Shown: in pieces, positions 20,019-30,592 of the stretch | Position numbering within the stretch: position 1 is the first letter of the stretch | Layout of the letters: each line of letters starts with the position of its first letter | Source of the DNA: a virus | Length of the DNA: 64,000 nt | Virus record (IMG/VR): IMGVR_UViG_3300019927_000017 | Location: 1-64,000 of that record | Direction: 5' to 3' (one strand) | Position numbers and translations under genes: made by a program | Notes under the pieces: model-generated | Database searches by the model: none | What the model saw: the letters and a program-made list of their open reading frames with translations, nothing else | Told to the model about the DNA's origin: nothing

Positions 20019-20273
20019 ATGGGCGACCTGACGCCTTTCCAAAATCAGGTTCTCGACGCGGCAGAGAAGGCCGAAGCAGAAGAACAGGAGCGCAAGCGTG
20101 AGGAGATGCGGAATAATCAGGGCGGCGGCAGTACGCCCTCCCGCAACTCCCGTGCTGGCGGTGGCGGCAGTCCCGGTGGCTCACCCAACAACTCGGGGAT
20201 GGGTCAAGAAGAGACGGTTCGCTACGTGAATAAAGAACTGAACCCCGACCACGAAGTCCACGAATCTGACTAA
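20019..20273 (+). CDS. small protein preceding the tape measure (84 aa)
   Basis: ORF track. Its stop overlaps the tape-measure ATG. Confidence 0.45.
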   Translation: MGDLTPFQNQVLDAAEKAEAEEQERKREEMRNNQGGGSTPSRNSRAGGGGSPGGSPNNSGMGQEETVRYVNKELNPDHEVHESD

Positions 20274-22759
20274 TGGCTGTTGAAATCGAACTTGACCTTA
20301 ACGCGGCTGGAGCCACCGGCAAAATCGGTGCAGTTGCCGCTTCGCTGAAGGGACTCGAACGGGTTGCCGACGACATCGACATCGACTTCGATGCCGACAT
20401 CGGCAACATCACCGACGAGATTGAAGCGTTCTCGGAAGCCCTCAAAGGGGTGGACGTGGACATGGACAATCTCGCGGGCGACCTGAAGCAGGCCGCGAAG
20501 GAACTGGACGGCGCTGAGGTTTCTGTCGTTCCAGATAGCCCGGACGGTTCCACTAATACTGGGGATAGCACAGGAAGTGACCCTCCGAGTGGCTTGGTTC
20601 ACAAACTGAGCGACTTCGGCGACGTGGATACCTCGACGGCGAGCGCGACCGACGGCGGCGAGCGAGCAAACCTTCTCGAACGTACTTACGGCGAGCATAC
20701 GCTGATGTCCAACTCGGACGTTGGCGACCTTTTCAAGACTCGCAATAGCCGCACGTCGAACCTTGGAGAGAACGCACCGGGCTTCACTCCATCCGACATG
20801 ATGCAACGTCTCGGGACTCGGACTGGCTTCGGCCTTGACCCCGAGAGTATGAATCTGAAGCGGATGGACTTCCAAGAGGGCCTTTCCGACGACTTCCCCG
20901 GAACCGTCGAGCAGATGGGTGGGGAACTTTCGATGGAAGACTTCGCACGCGGTGCTGACCCGTCACACGGGTCGGATATGCCTCGGGTCGATACCCTCGA
21001 AGACCGAATCCGAGAGTTCAAGCAACACTCGGTCAACATGGTCGATGGCTTCTCCGAACTGATGGAGAAGCGCGACGAGGCCGCCGCGCCGATTGACACT
21101 CCGTTCGGTGACAACGGACTCAACTACGACAAGCGGATGTCGGAGTTGACGACCGAGGAACTGAACGACCTGATGGAGAACCCCACACAGAGCGGGGATG
21201 GCTTCATGGGTGGCGGTGGAGACGGCGGTCTTCTCGACTACGACTCGATAGGAGAAGACCTCAGGGAACGACGAGAGTCGCTTCGCGCTGAAGTTGAAGA
21301 TGGGGTCGGTGGCTACGACTTCACCGACTTCAACGTCGAAGCGAGGAAGCAGGCCGGACTTTCTGCCGCAGAACTCGAACCTGAGATGGGCGGCGGATTC
21401 AGCACCCCGTCCGATAACCGGGGCAACGCGCCCGGACTTGGTTTCTCGGTTGGTGGTAGTCGGAGTGGACGTTCGAACTCTGACATCATCGACGGAAACA
21501 GTTTCCTGAGCAAACTCGACGGCATTGAATCCAAGGCTGACGGATTCAGCGCACTCGGTGACAGCACCGATGCCCTCGGTGGGAAACTTCGGAAACTGAA
21601 GCCCACGATGGGCAAATATATGCAACTGATGGCCGCCCTCTTGCCGGTCGCAGTTGCCCTCGGTACGCAACTCCTCGGTGTGGCCGCCGCGATGGGTTCC
21701 GTCGCCGCCGCTGGCGGGGCCATCGTTGGCCTCGGCCTACTCGGTCACGCCGAATCCTTGTCCGGCTCTGTTGCTGAAGCGAAGCAACAGATGCGCGGTC
21801 TGAAACAGGAGATGTTCCAGACCTTCCAGCCGACGATGCAACAGTTCGCGCCGATTCAGGCGCAGATGTTCGACTCCGCCCCGGAGGGGCTGGAGCCTGT
21901 TGCTGAAGCAATGGAGGGCCTGACGGTCTACGAAGACACGCTCTACGAACTCGGTTCAGCCCTCGCTGGAGGGATGACCGAAGCGGTCAACATCATCGTA
22001 GAGAACGAAGCGGCCATCAGCGACCTGACGACGACCTTCGGCGGCCTTATCGGTTCTGGCCTGCTGAATTTCTTCGAGTGGCTTATCCAAGCGGCTTCGA
22101 AGAATCAGGAACTCCTGATTGGACTCGGTAAGGATATGTTGAAACTCGCTGTCGCGGCGTACAACGTCTCGATGGCAGTTGCGAAGGTGCTGACTGCCTT
22201 CACTCCGCTGTTCAATCTGCTCGTGTTCATCAGCGAGGTTCTGAACTCGGAGATTATTATCGGCCTCATTGCGATGGTCGGGTGGCTATTCGTCCTCGGG
22301 AAGGCCGCCGGGATGATATACGCGCTGTACGCTGGCTTCATGACGCTGGCTTCGGGTATCGCCGATGCCGCCCTCATGATGTTCGGCTACGAGATGAGTA
22401 CGTGGGGCGCGGTCGCCGCGACCCTCGCACTCGTTGCCGCCATTGGCCTGTTGACGCTCGGTGCGGCAACAGTAATCGGCGGCGCGGTCACAGCCGGGGC
22501 GATGGGAGCATCCGGTGTTCCCAGCGGTCCCGGCGGTGGCGGCGGTGGCGGTGTCGGTGGCCCCGGCGGTGGCGGCCAGATGGTCTACAACGACAACCGC
22601 TCTTACGAAATCAACTCCGGCGGCGGAGACGACTACGCTTCGCAGAAGGCGATGGAAGACACGGTGACTCGCGTCAACGAGACGAACGACGCACAGAGTC
22701 TTCCTGACGTAGAAACCAGTTCAGAAAACTCCGACACTCCACCTGAAGACAGCAACTAA
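20273..22759 (+). CDS. tail tape measure protein
   Basis: 828 aa. Hydrophobic helices in the C-terminal third and a Gly-run tail. Position after the chaperone. Confidence 0.85.
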   Translation: MAVEIELDLNAAGATGKIGAVAASLKGLERVADDIDIDFDADIGNITDEIEAFSEALKGVDVDMDNLAGDLKQAAKELDGAEVSVVPDSPDGSTNTGDSTGSDPPSGLVHKLSDFGDVDTSTASATDGGERANLLERTYGEHTLMSNSDVGDLFKTRNSRTSNLGENAPGFTPSDMMQRLGTRTGFGLDPESMNLKRMDFQEGLSDDFPGTVEQMGGELSMEDFARGADPSHGSDMPRVDTLEDRIREFKQHSVNMVDGFSELMEKRDEAAAPIDTPFGDNGLNYDKRMSELTTEELNDLMENPTQSGDGFMGGGGDGGLLDYDSIGEDLRERRESLRAEVEDGVGGYDFTDFNVEARKQAGLSAAELEPEMGGGFSTPSDNRGNAPGLGFSVGGSRSGRSNSDIIDGNSFLSKLDGIESKADGFSALGDSTDALGGKLRKLKPTMGKYMQLMAALLPVAVALGTQLLGVAAAMGSVAAAGGAIVGLGLLGHAESLSGSVAEAKQQMRGLKQEMFQTFQPTMQQFAPIQAQMFDSAPEGLEPVAEAMEGLTVYEDTLYELGSALAGGMTEAVNIIVENEAAISDLTTTFGGLIGSGLLNFFEWLIQAASKNQELLIGLGKDMLKLAVAAYNVSMAVAKVLTAFTPLFNLLVFISEVLNSEIIIGLIAMVGWLFVLGKAAGMIYALYAGFMTLASGIADAALMMFGYEMSTWGAVAATLALVAAIGLLTLGAATVIGGAVTAGAMGASGVPSGPGGGGGGGVGGPGGGGQMVYNDNRSYEINSGGGDDYASQKAMEDTVTRVNETNDAQSLPDVETSSENSDTPPEDSN

Positions 22760-23289
22760 TGCCTCACTCACTCGCACACTCGGGATACTCGCCGGGTGAA
22801 CCGGAGAACGAGGTAGACTACATCTCCTCGAACCCGAACGAACAACTCGGGTTCGAGATTGACCCGACGGATACTGGGTGGAGTTTCGTGCCGGAGTTCT
22901 ACCCGGAAGACTTCACGCAGATGAAGAAGAAGGAACTGTCCCGCTACGGTGGCAACTGTGGTGGAGAATCTGTCTCCATCAAGGCCATCAAGAACCGGGA
23001 GTTCCACGTCACCGGGAAGATTCTTCAGGGAGAAATCAACCTCTTCCAAGGTCTGCTCGACCACGAAGGGAAGGTAGACCTTCTGTCTCCGCTCACGCCG
23101 AGCGGTGGTATGGAGTGCTTCATCAAACAGGGCGAACTGGGGAACCAGCAAGGCTGGGACCCACACACCCGTCAATGGATGTTCAAGTTCACGCTTGACC
23201 TCGTTTCGACGGGCCGCGACGAACACGATAGCGGAAACAATCAGATTGTGACCGCCATCATGCAGGACCCGCCGAGTACCAACAACTAA
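22759..23289 (+). CDS. baseplate-proximal tail protein (176 aa)
   Basis: Occupies the slot between tape measure and hub, as in Mu/P2-like tails. Confidence 0.55.
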   Translation: MPHSLAHSGYSPGEPENEVDYISSNPNEQLGFEIDPTDTGWSFVPEFYPEDFTQMKKKELSRYGGNCGGESVSIKAIKNREFHVTGKILQGEINLFQGLLDHEGKVDLLSPLTPSGGMECFIKQGELGNQQGWDPHTRQWMFKFTLDLVSTGRDEHDSGNNQIVTAIMQDPPSTNN

Positions 23290-23292
23290 CCC

Positions 23293-24657
23293 ATGACCTG
23301 TGACCACGATTGGACGATTAAGTTTCGGGATGTCAACGACGGCGACCCGTTCGAGGTTCGTCCAATCGAGATGAGCCTGAAGATGTCCCGTACAGAGTAC
23401 GACTTCTGTCGGGCCACGCTGGACTGGGAAGTCGGCGAGCAGATGAAGCCCCACACCCGCTACGAGGGCGGGGCGATGTACGGGCTTTTGCCCGCTGATG
23501 TCTGCTACAACGGCGACCCTATCCAGCGGCTCATGTTCCGCCCCGACTGGGTGGACTACGGGAGTGAGAACACCCATCTTCAACTTCACGACCTACACAA
23601 GGCACTCGGCGACGGTGTGGTTGACCAACAACGTGATACTGTCAACCTCGAAGAAATCTACACCACCGTTGTCGAGGCCGCTTCGAATCGCCTCATAGAC
23701 GAGGTTCGCTTCACACTTCCTGATTCGCAGGTTCGAACACTCTACGGCAACCGGAGTGCTTCCGGTCGGGGTGGTCGATACCGGCAACAGATGGCCGAAG
23801 ACGACGAGACGAAGAAAGTCGTTGAGTCCACCTACGCGGTTGACTTCGACAACATCAGCCCACAGAAGGCACTACAACGACTGAATCAAAAGTTCCGTCT
23901 GAAGTCGTGGGTGAATCGCAACGGAGTGCTGGTCGTCGGCCTTCCCGAGGCCAACCAAGTCCGTCACGTCGCGGCGGCGAGCGACGATAGGGTCTGGCGT
24001 TACAAAGACCCGAGCATCAGTCACGGTCGGGAACCCATCCAGAGCGTCATCGTTGAAGGTGCGTGGGTGGACGAACCCGGCATCGACCTCGACGTGCTGG
24101 GCTGGTTCGACAAAGGTGGCTCGAACGACGTGAAGGCGATGGGGATTGCGAAGCGGAAGGACATCGACTACGGAACCAGTTTCTCTGTCAAGTCTACGAA
24201 GGCGAAGCGCGATGCTCTGCCGCACGTAGCCCGGCTCGCTCTCGGCGAGCGGATGAAACAGCAGAACGCTGGCACGGTCGAACTCGACCCCGCGCTGTCG
24301 GGAACAGAAGTCAGCAACGTCATCGACCTGACTCCGGGCGACCTACTCCAGATGGTCCCCCAAGACGACTACTTCGATGACCCCACGTCTACGTCTGGCG
24401 AGGTCGGGGATAGCCCCGATAACCCGGACGAGGTGTGCGGCAGTTTCGTCAACAACGAAGCCTACCTCGTCAGCGAGGTCGAACACAGCGTCTCGAATAA
24501 CGGAGAGTGGCAGGTCTTCGCGGACTTGGGGATGTACCCCGACGTGGAGATAGAAGCCTACATGACCTACTTCGACCCCAAGGCTGGGGAGTGGGTTGAC
24601 GACGACGAAATCGCTGACGACGGCAGTCTGAAGGGCGGCCTCTTCGAGGGAATCTAA
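23293..24657 (+). CDS. baseplate hub protein (Mu gp44 / P2 gpD-like slot)
   Basis: 454 aa. Called on synteny with the downstream V/W/J/I-like genes. Confidence 0.6.
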   Translation: MTCDHDWTIKFRDVNDGDPFEVRPIEMSLKMSRTEYDFCRATLDWEVGEQMKPHTRYEGGAMYGLLPADVCYNGDPIQRLMFRPDWVDYGSENTHLQLHDLHKALGDGVVDQQRDTVNLEEIYTTVVEAASNRLIDEVRFTLPDSQVRTLYGNRSASGRGGRYRQQMAEDDETKKVVESTYAVDFDNISPQKALQRLNQKFRLKSWVNRNGVLVVGLPEANQVRHVAAASDDRVWRYKDPSISHGREPIQSVIVEGAWVDEPGIDLDVLGWFDKGGSNDVKAMGIAKRKDIDYGTSFSVKSTKAKRDALPHVARLALGERMKQQNAGTVELDPALSGTEVSNVIDLTPGDLLQMVPQDDYFDDPTSTSGEVGDSPDNPDEVCGSFVNNEAYLVSEVEHSVSNNGEWQVFADLGMYPDVEIEAYMTYFDPKAGEWVDDDEIADDGSLKGGLFEGI

Positions 24658-24663
24658 CTTCAC

Positions 24664-25023
24664 ATGGAACACGGAACTGTCACGACTTCCCACTACGAAG
24701 ACGGCGTGGTCTACTGTAACGTGCGGGCTATCCGCATGGACACAGAGTACCGCGACGTTCCGCTTCTGAAGCCCCACTCGGGTTTCATCCAAGTTCCGAA
24801 GCAGGGGGAAACCGTTGCGATGGACACCCTCGCGGACGGGACTCGTTTCATATCTGACGTAATCAGCCGGGAAAGCGAAACCCCGGATGACATGAAGGAG
24901 GGAGAACTCGCCATCCAACTCGACGGTGGTACTCGGGTCTACTTCGAGGAGAAGCAAAACGGCGACTACGACCTCCACCTCGACGCCTCTGGCGACGTTT
25001 TCATCAACGGTACTAAGCAGTAA
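24664..25023 (+). CDS. baseplate assembly protein V / spike-like
   Basis: 119 aa. Pattern VPKQGETVAM...GELAIQ resembles gpV OB-fold proteins. Confidence 0.55.
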   Translation: MEHGTVTTSHYEDGVVYCNVRAIRMDTEYRDVPLLKPHSGFIQVPKQGETVAMDTLADGTRFISDVISRESETPDDMKEGELAIQLDGGTRVYFEEKQNGDYDLHLDASGDVFINGTKQ

Positions 25024-25048
25024 ACAACGCGGCTCACCGAACTTCACG

Positions 25049-25384
25049 ATGGCAGACCTTTCACTCAATAGCAACTTCTCGGTCCATCTTGACGACCGAC
25101 ACGACCTCGCAACCGTGGAAGGTCGGGATGCGTTCGAACAGTCGGTCAGCGTGGCGCTGACTGAGTTCATGTACGATACTCTTCCCGGCCTGAAGAAGGG
25201 CGAGAACATCAAAGAGAAAATCACACTTCAGGTAACTCGGGTCGCCCGAGAACACGAAAATCTCGACGCCATCCGTCGGGTCGCCGTGTCCGAGAAGGAG
25301 AACCAACCAGACACCTATCAGGTGGAGATTTTCTACGAGTCTGGCGACATCAACCTCCTCGATACTGAAGTCACCAGTAGTTAA
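25049..25384 (+). CDS. baseplate wedge protein W / gp25-like
   Basis: 111 aa, trimmed to the ATG at 25049 (MADLSLNS...). Position before the J-like gene. Confidence 0.55.
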   Translation: MADLSLNSNFSVHLDDRHDLATVEGRDAFEQSVSVALTEFMYDTLPGLKKGENIKEKITLQVTRVAREHENLDAIRRVAVSEKENQPDTYQVEIFYESGDINLLDTEVTSS

Positions 25385-25391
25385 CTAACCA

Positions 25392-27125
25392 ATGACACTT
25401 AACGACGGACGACTGGAAGAGAAGACCGCCGAGGCCATCCTCGATGCGATGGTGGCCGACGCGAAGGACTACTGGGACGAGGAACTGAACGACACCTCGC
25501 TGAACGTCATCCGGCGATTCTACCGTCCCATCGCCGAGCGTCTTGCCGAGGCTCAGTCCGACATCGGGCTGGTTCTCGACTCTACGCAAATCGACTACGC
25601 CAGCGACACGGCCCTTGACCTCCTCTGCGCCCTTATCGGTGTCAGCCGCGATAAGGCCGGTCCCGCGACTGGGTACGTTACCTTCAGCCGAACGACGCCT
25701 GCCGAGTCCACCTACATCGCTGGAGCAGGCACGACCGTTCAGACGAGCGGTTCACAGCCGACGAGGTACGAGACTACGAAGTCGGCCACGCTTCGCCTGT
25801 ACGACAACTTCTCTGATGGTGACATCATCGAATATGACGGCGACAAGACCGGCTTCGGCGTGCAGTCTACGACCGTTCTTGAAGGCGACAACTCGCTGGA
25901 GGGGCCAGCCACCGCTGGCGTCGGCATCTACAACACGAACTGGACGGTTCGTCACGGCACGGACTTCAGGTTCTACACGCAGGTCGAGAACAACGCAATC
26001 TCGATTACTGAGTTCGCCTACCGGAACGCCGACAACAAGTATCAGGTCGTCGTAGACCAGAACTCTGGCCGCGTTGCGCTGGAAGTTCTGGAGGGTGGCG
26101 CGAACACGGTCGTCGCAGAAGACACCGGAGCGGCTGTTCCGAAAAACCAGCGCGTGAAGGTGAAGGTCAGTTGGGAGCGGAGTGGTGACTTCACCCTCTA
26201 CTTCCTCGACGGCAACGATGACCAGTTCGCCTACCTGACGGGCTACGACACCACCCACACGGAGGGTGGCATTGGCTTCACGAGCGGTGACGCCAACGGT
26301 GCGAAATACTGGGACTACTTCACGGCCACGGCGGTCGATGCTCCAGTCGAGGCTGTCGAAAACGGCCCCGACTCGAACACCGCGCCGAACACCATCGAGA
26401 CGATGCCCGACCCGCCGGGCGGCATCGAGAACGTCACGAACAAGAACGAAGTCGATGGTGGCAACCGTGAAGAGAACGACGAGGAACTGCGCGAGCGGGC
26501 GAAGGTCGAACTGTCGCAGGGGTCGCGGGCTTCCGTCCCCGCCCTTTTCGGCGCGGTCAGTTCGGTCGAGGGCGTCACCTCGGTCAGCGTTTTCAAGATA
26601 AACGTTGACAGCAACGAAACCACCGACGGCTTCGAAATCGTCGCTGAAGGCGGCGACTCGCAAGACATCGCCGACGCCATCTTCGAAACGATGGCCGCTG
26701 GTGACACGTCCTTCGGTGGGAAGAACGGCACGGCTGACTCCGCTCCGTCTGAACTCGATAACGGGCAGACGTTCTCGGTCGATTTCTCCCGACCGGAGCC
26801 GATTCAGATTTACGTTGACGCCGACCTGACTGTTGCTGACAGTTTCGATGGGAAAGACGCGGTGCGAGACTCTATCATCGACCACATCGGCGGCATCTTC
26901 ACGACCGGCAACGAGTCGCAGGGCCTCGGCGCTGGCGACGATGTTGTCTACGGAGAAATCGAGTACCAGATTCGGGACGTGGAAGGTGTGTATGACGTGT
27001 CCAACCTGACGGTTGACACCGACAGCACGCCGACCGCGACCTCGAACATCGCCATTGCCGACAACCAAGTCGCAACGTCCGACGGCGTGGACGGTTCGCT
27101 GACCTTCGAGACAACGCCGAAGTGA
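25392..27125 (+). CDS. baseplate J-like protein
   Basis: 577 aa. The EENDEELRERAK segment is typical of the Baseplate_J family. Synteny supports the call. Confidence 0.75.
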   Translation: MTLNDGRLEEKTAEAILDAMVADAKDYWDEELNDTSLNVIRRFYRPIAERLAEAQSDIGLVLDSTQIDYASDTALDLLCALIGVSRDKAGPATGYVTFSRTTPAESTYIAGAGTTVQTSGSQPTRYETTKSATLRLYDNFSDGDIIEYDGDKTGFGVQSTTVLEGDNSLEGPATAGVGIYNTNWTVRHGTDFRFYTQVENNAISITEFAYRNADNKYQVVVDQNSGRVALEVLEGGANTVVAEDTGAAVPKNQRVKVKVSWERSGDFTLYFLDGNDDQFAYLTGYDTTHTEGGIGFTSGDANGAKYWDYFTATAVDAPVEAVENGPDSNTAPNTIETMPDPPGGIENVTNKNEVDGGNREENDEELRERAKVELSQGSRASVPALFGAVSSVEGVTSVSVFKINVDSNETTDGFEIVAEGGDSQDIADAIFETMAAGDTSFGGKNGTADSAPSELDNGQTFSVDFSRPEPIQIYVDADLTVADSFDGKDAVRDSIIDHIGGIFTTGNESQGLGAGDDVVYGEIEYQIRDVEGVYDVSNLTVDTDSTPTATSNIAIADNQVATSDGVDGSLTFETTPK

Positions 27126-27132
27126 TTGACTG

Positions 27133-27780
27133 ATGGGAGCAGAAATCAAGGAGTCTGAGAAGTCCGACTCCGGCAGTTACATCCTTCGCCGACTTCCCGG
27201 CTGGATGCCGACCGACGAATCCACCGGCAACTTCAAACTGCTCGATACGGTCGGCCACGCCATCGACCGGCTGGACGCCGACATCGAGTCTGTTGACAAC
27301 GCGACCACGCCGCAGGAAGCGGAGACGGTCGCGCAACTGGAGGAACTGGCGAAGATGGTGCAACTCCCTTCGAAGCAGAACGAGGGGAAGGAGAAGTACC
27401 GGACGCGGGTTCTGGTCGAGTTCCAGCACGTCACGAACGAAGGAAGTATAGACGAACTGGTCAGCAACGTCGCCACACTTCTCGACGTTCGCATCCAGAA
27501 AATCGACTTCAGGAAAGACGGTCACGGTTCGATTACGCTGGCCGTTCCGGGGAGCGCCCTCGACTCACTCGAAATCACGAACAGCGAGTTCGTCAACATC
27601 GCTGAAAGCCTCATCGCCGCTGGCTTCAATCTCAGCGCGATTCGCCGGGGAACCTTCACGTACATCACGCCGACCGAGTACCAGAACGGTAACTGGGACT
27701 CTTCGAAGGGCTACGATGGACTGGACACCAACGGCGAACCGAAGGACAACGGCGGCACTTACGCGGGCCTTATCGAATAA
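27133..27780 (+). CDS. tail protein I / Mu gp48-like (DUF2313-like)
   Basis: N-terminal pattern SYILRRLPGWMP...LLDTVGHAIDRLD...QLEELAKMV. Follows the J-like gene. Confidence 0.6.
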   Translation: MGAEIKESEKSDSGSYILRRLPGWMPTDESTGNFKLLDTVGHAIDRLDADIESVDNATTPQEAETVAQLEELAKMVQLPSKQNEGKEKYRTRVLVEFQHVTNEGSIDELVSNVATLLDVRIQKIDFRKDGHGSITLAVPGSALDSLEITNSEFVNIAESLIAAGFNLSAIRRGTFTYITPTEYQNGNWDSSKGYDGLDTNGEPKDNGGTYAGLIE

Positions 27781-27783
27781 CTC

Positions 27784-29115
27784 ATGGCAAGTTACACAAC
27801 GAATCTTAAGACGTGGGGAGCCGCTGGTGCGGAATACCCGGACGGCTACAACTACGTCGAGGGCGAACAGCCCGTTGACGAGTGGGACAACTTCCTGACG
27901 ACCCACATCGTCAGCGACATCAAAGACCACCTGATTCCGCTCACGAACAGTCGGATTGAGGCCGACTATGGTGGAACGGGTGGCGAACCCGGCTCCCCCG
28001 AAGCGTCTCATCTCTACCACGACCAAGGCGGCGAGCGTCTGGAACTGTGGGACACCGATAAGGGGGAGTGGCGGGACATTATGTTCCGCGACGGCGATAC
28101 GATGACCGGCGCTCTGGACATGGGGAACTACCCTGTCGAGAACCACACCGACCTCGTTGACCAGAACGGGGCCGTTGTTTGGGACCACTCTGCCGGTCAC
28201 ATCCCGCAGGGTCGGCTTCAGAACGATAGCGTCACCGTCAATGCTGGCACGGGCCTGAACGGTGGCGGTACGGTTGCCCTCGGCGGTTCAGTCAACGTTG
28301 ACGTTGACGACTCTCGCTACGTGCTGGAGTCGGGCGATACCATGTCTGGTTCGCTTGACATGGATGGCAACGCGGTAAAAATGGGCAACGGCAACATTGA
28401 CCGGGTTAACGACCTTCGGTTTACTGACGCCAACGGGGACGAAATTGTCATTTATCAGTCTGGAACCAGCGAAGTTAAACTGGTTCCCAAGACTTCAAAC
28501 GGCCCGATTACCTTAGAGTCTGATAAATTCACAGAAAACGGAAACCGCGTAGCCACTCGCAAGTGGACGAACAACAACTTCTACGACACCGGACAGGCCG
28601 ACAATAAGTTCGTACACGAGTCTGGCGACACGATGACGGGCCGACTTCGGATGGAAACGAACGACCTGTACTTCCAACCGGGAAGTGCGGGCGGTTCAGT
28701 CACGGCCATCACGTTCGAATCGAACTCGAACTCTGGTTCTGACTACGGCTACATCGAGTACCACGACGACTACTGGACTGATGCTGACACGAACGATGAA
28801 AGTTCAGCACTACGTCTCGTAGCCCAAAACGACGGCGGCTACGAAGGTGCGGGGCCGGACGCCGTTGTTCTAAGTGGTATAGCGGGGACCTTCATTGATG
28901 AAGGAAACCTCAACCTCGACAACGCCGACATTAACAAAGTCAACGGTAACGATGTTCAGCAAACGATTTGGGACGATTCCGCAGGCCACGTCCCATCCGG
29001 TTCGGTTCAGTCCAACGGCCTCGACGCAGATACGGTAGACGGTCAACACGCGAGCGAACTCGGCCAGAGCGAGTCTTTCATCAAGAAACGCGCTCTCGCC
29101 TACGACTTCATCTAA
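27784..29115 (+). CDS. tail fibre protein
   Basis: Three GDTM(T/S)G-x-L-x-M repeats (RDGDTMTGALDM, ESGDTMSGSLDM, ESGDTMTGRLRM). Position after the baseplate genes. Confidence 0.75.
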   Translation: MASYTTNLKTWGAAGAEYPDGYNYVEGEQPVDEWDNFLTTHIVSDIKDHLIPLTNSRIEADYGGTGGEPGSPEASHLYHDQGGERLELWDTDKGEWRDIMFRDGDTMTGALDMGNYPVENHTDLVDQNGAVVWDHSAGHIPQGRLQNDSVTVNAGTGLNGGGTVALGGSVNVDVDDSRYVLESGDTMSGSLDMDGNAVKMGNGNIDRVNDLRFTDANGDEIVIYQSGTSEVKLVPKTSNGPITLESDKFTENGNRVATRKWTNNNFYDTGQADNKFVHESGDTMTGRLRMETNDLYFQPGSAGGSVTAITFESNSNSGSDYGYIEYHDDYWTDADTNDESSALRLVAQNDGGYEGAGPDAVVLSGIAGTFIDEGNLNLDNADINKVNGNDVQQTIWDDSAGHVPSGSVQSNGLDADTVDGQHASELGQSESFIKKRALAYDFI

Positions 29116-29124
29116 AACACAACA

Positions 29125-29391
29125 ATGGTTAACGCAACAGTCGATAACAGTCCGATTAGTATTCAACTCGGAGAAGACGAAACTACGACAGTTCCATCTG
29201 GAGAAGTCTGGAAAGTAACTGTGACACACTCTGGGGGCACTCCTCAACTTAAAATCAATGGAAATATAATTTTGAATGGTTCCACAAATAGCGCGGGGAC
29301 TCTTGAAATTGTAGTTACTGGTGGAGATACATTTAAGAAATACCAAGGTTATGATACCGATGTTCACATCAGCGGATTCGTGGTGGCATAA
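29125..29391 (+). CDS. small low-GC ORF after the tail fibre (possible fibre-associated or receptor-binding accessory)
   Basis: ORF track. Visibly AT-richer than its surroundings and less acidic. Confidence 0.5.
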   Translation: MVNATVDNSPISIQLGEDETTTVPSGEVWKVTVTHSGGTPQLKINGNIILNGSTNSAGTLEIVVTGGDTFKKYQGYDTDVHISGFVVA

Positions 29392-29393
29392 TA

Positions 29394-29603
29394 ATGTACG
29401 AAAGAAAAACTAACAGCGGCCACATCGTCTCGTGGTCGCCTGACGACGAAGACCTCGCGGCACAAGCGGTTGTGGAAGTTGAGGGAACAGGCATCAACGA
29501 CACGGCTAAAGCGAAGGAAACCTACGCTGAAGTCGATTCGGATGTTGCCGAAAACATCCGAGAGCGGTATCGGGAACTTCTCCCCGACGAAAACAACGAG
29601 TGA
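29394..29603 (+). CDS. hypothetical protein (69 aa)
   Basis: ORF track, acidic. Confidence 0.5.
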   Translation: MYERKTNSGHIVSWSPDDEDLAAQAVVEVEGTGINDTAKAKETYAEVDSDVAENIRERYRELLPDENNE

Positions 29604-30127
29604 GTTCCAAACTCCTGCCAACACAACTCACGAATAGTGACGACGACTGGATAGAGGGATTCCGCCACTACTGGTATCCGAAACTTCATCCCTACCTGAA
29701 CGAACTGGGCGGCTACGCCATCGGAACGTCCGACGACGAACAGTACGTCGGTAAGGTGGCTGTGAACGAGGAAGAGTTCGAGCGCGTTCTCGAAGACCTC
29801 GGCTTCATCCGCAATCCCATCGCCTGCTTCAAGTCGGCAGAGGATGGCCGCGAGTCCGAGGGAACGTGGTGTCTTCTGGCGGATGATGACCCGAACGACT
29901 ACGTTCGGGACGGCTACCAACTCCACATCACGTTGTTCAAGCGGCGTGACGGCAAGACGGGGCGCGAAATCTACGCCCATCACGAACCCGATTGGCGGCA
30001 GACGCCCATCAAACACCTCTATCCGGGGCGCTATCCGGGCGCTGACTACATCGAGGCCGAGGCCGCCGACTACATGGCCGACCTCATCGACACGCGAACC
30101 TACGTCAACCTAACACGACATGATTGA
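29600..30127 (+). CDS. hypothetical protein (175 aa)
   Basis: ORF track. Confidence 0.55.
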   Translation: MSSKLLPTQLTNSDDDWIEGFRHYWYPKLHPYLNELGGYAIGTSDDEQYVGKVAVNEEEFERVLEDLGFIRNPIACFKSAEDGRESEGTWCLLADDDPNDYVRDGYQLHITLFKRRDGKTGREIYAHHEPDWRQTPIKHLYPGRYPGADYIEAEAADYMADLIDTRTYVNLTRHD

Positions 30128-30263
30128 CGCTATCCCATACGAGTGGCTTCTGGAGAACGACGTACCGCTTCTGTTCTTCATCATCGCTCTGCTGACTCGC
30201 CCGTCTACGTGGTCGAAGACCGTCGTCGGTGCGCTGAAGGAGAGATTCAGTAGCGATGGGTGA
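30120..30263 (+). CDS. small membrane protein (47 aa, one TM; holin-like size)
   Basis: Its ATG overlaps the previous stop. Hydrophobic segment VPLLFFIIALLT. Confidence 0.35.
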   Translation: MIDAIPYEWLLENDVPLLFFIIALLTRPSTWSKTVVGALKERFSSDG

Positions 30264-30369
30264 GATGGTACAATGCCCGAACCCCGACAAGCCTGACTGT
30301 CCGGGTCAGGTCTTCATGGGCGGCGGGTGTCCCACCTGCGCGGAGTGCGGCTGGTCGAAGTGCGGCTAA
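30256..30369 (+). CDS. tiny zinc-ribbon ORF (37 aa)
   Basis: CPNPDKPDCPG...CPTCAECGWSKCG. Overlaps the previous stop. Confidence 0.35.
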   Translation: MGEMVQCPNPDKPDCPGQVFMGGGCPTCAECGWSKCG

Positions 30370-30376
30370 CTGAACC

Positions 30377-30577
30377 ATGACTGAAATTCGCGCCGACATT
30401 TCCATCGGCAACGACGGTGACGCATCGAACCTTCTCCAGCGGCTCGGTCAAATCCGCGACGAGATAGATACTATCAGCAATCATCAGGATGCCCTCGAAG
30501 AGATGGGCTATTCCCTGAGCCTCGGCGAGACGAAGGACGGCGAACTCTTGGTTGAGATTGCCGACCTGAAGAAGTAG
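30377..30577 (+). CDS. hypothetical protein (66 aa)
   Basis: ORF track. Confidence 0.5.
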   Translation: MTEIRADISIGNDGDASNLLQRLGQIRDEIDTISNHQDALEEMGYSLSLGETKDGELLVEIADLKK

Positions 30578-30592
30578 CCACGATGACGTGTC

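Noticed and set aside
19469-20273. Programmed -1 frameshift joining the tail chaperone ORFs, as in gpG/gpGT.
   Set aside because: The two ORFs are separated by about 60 nt containing stops, and they do not overlap. I saw no slippery heptamer.
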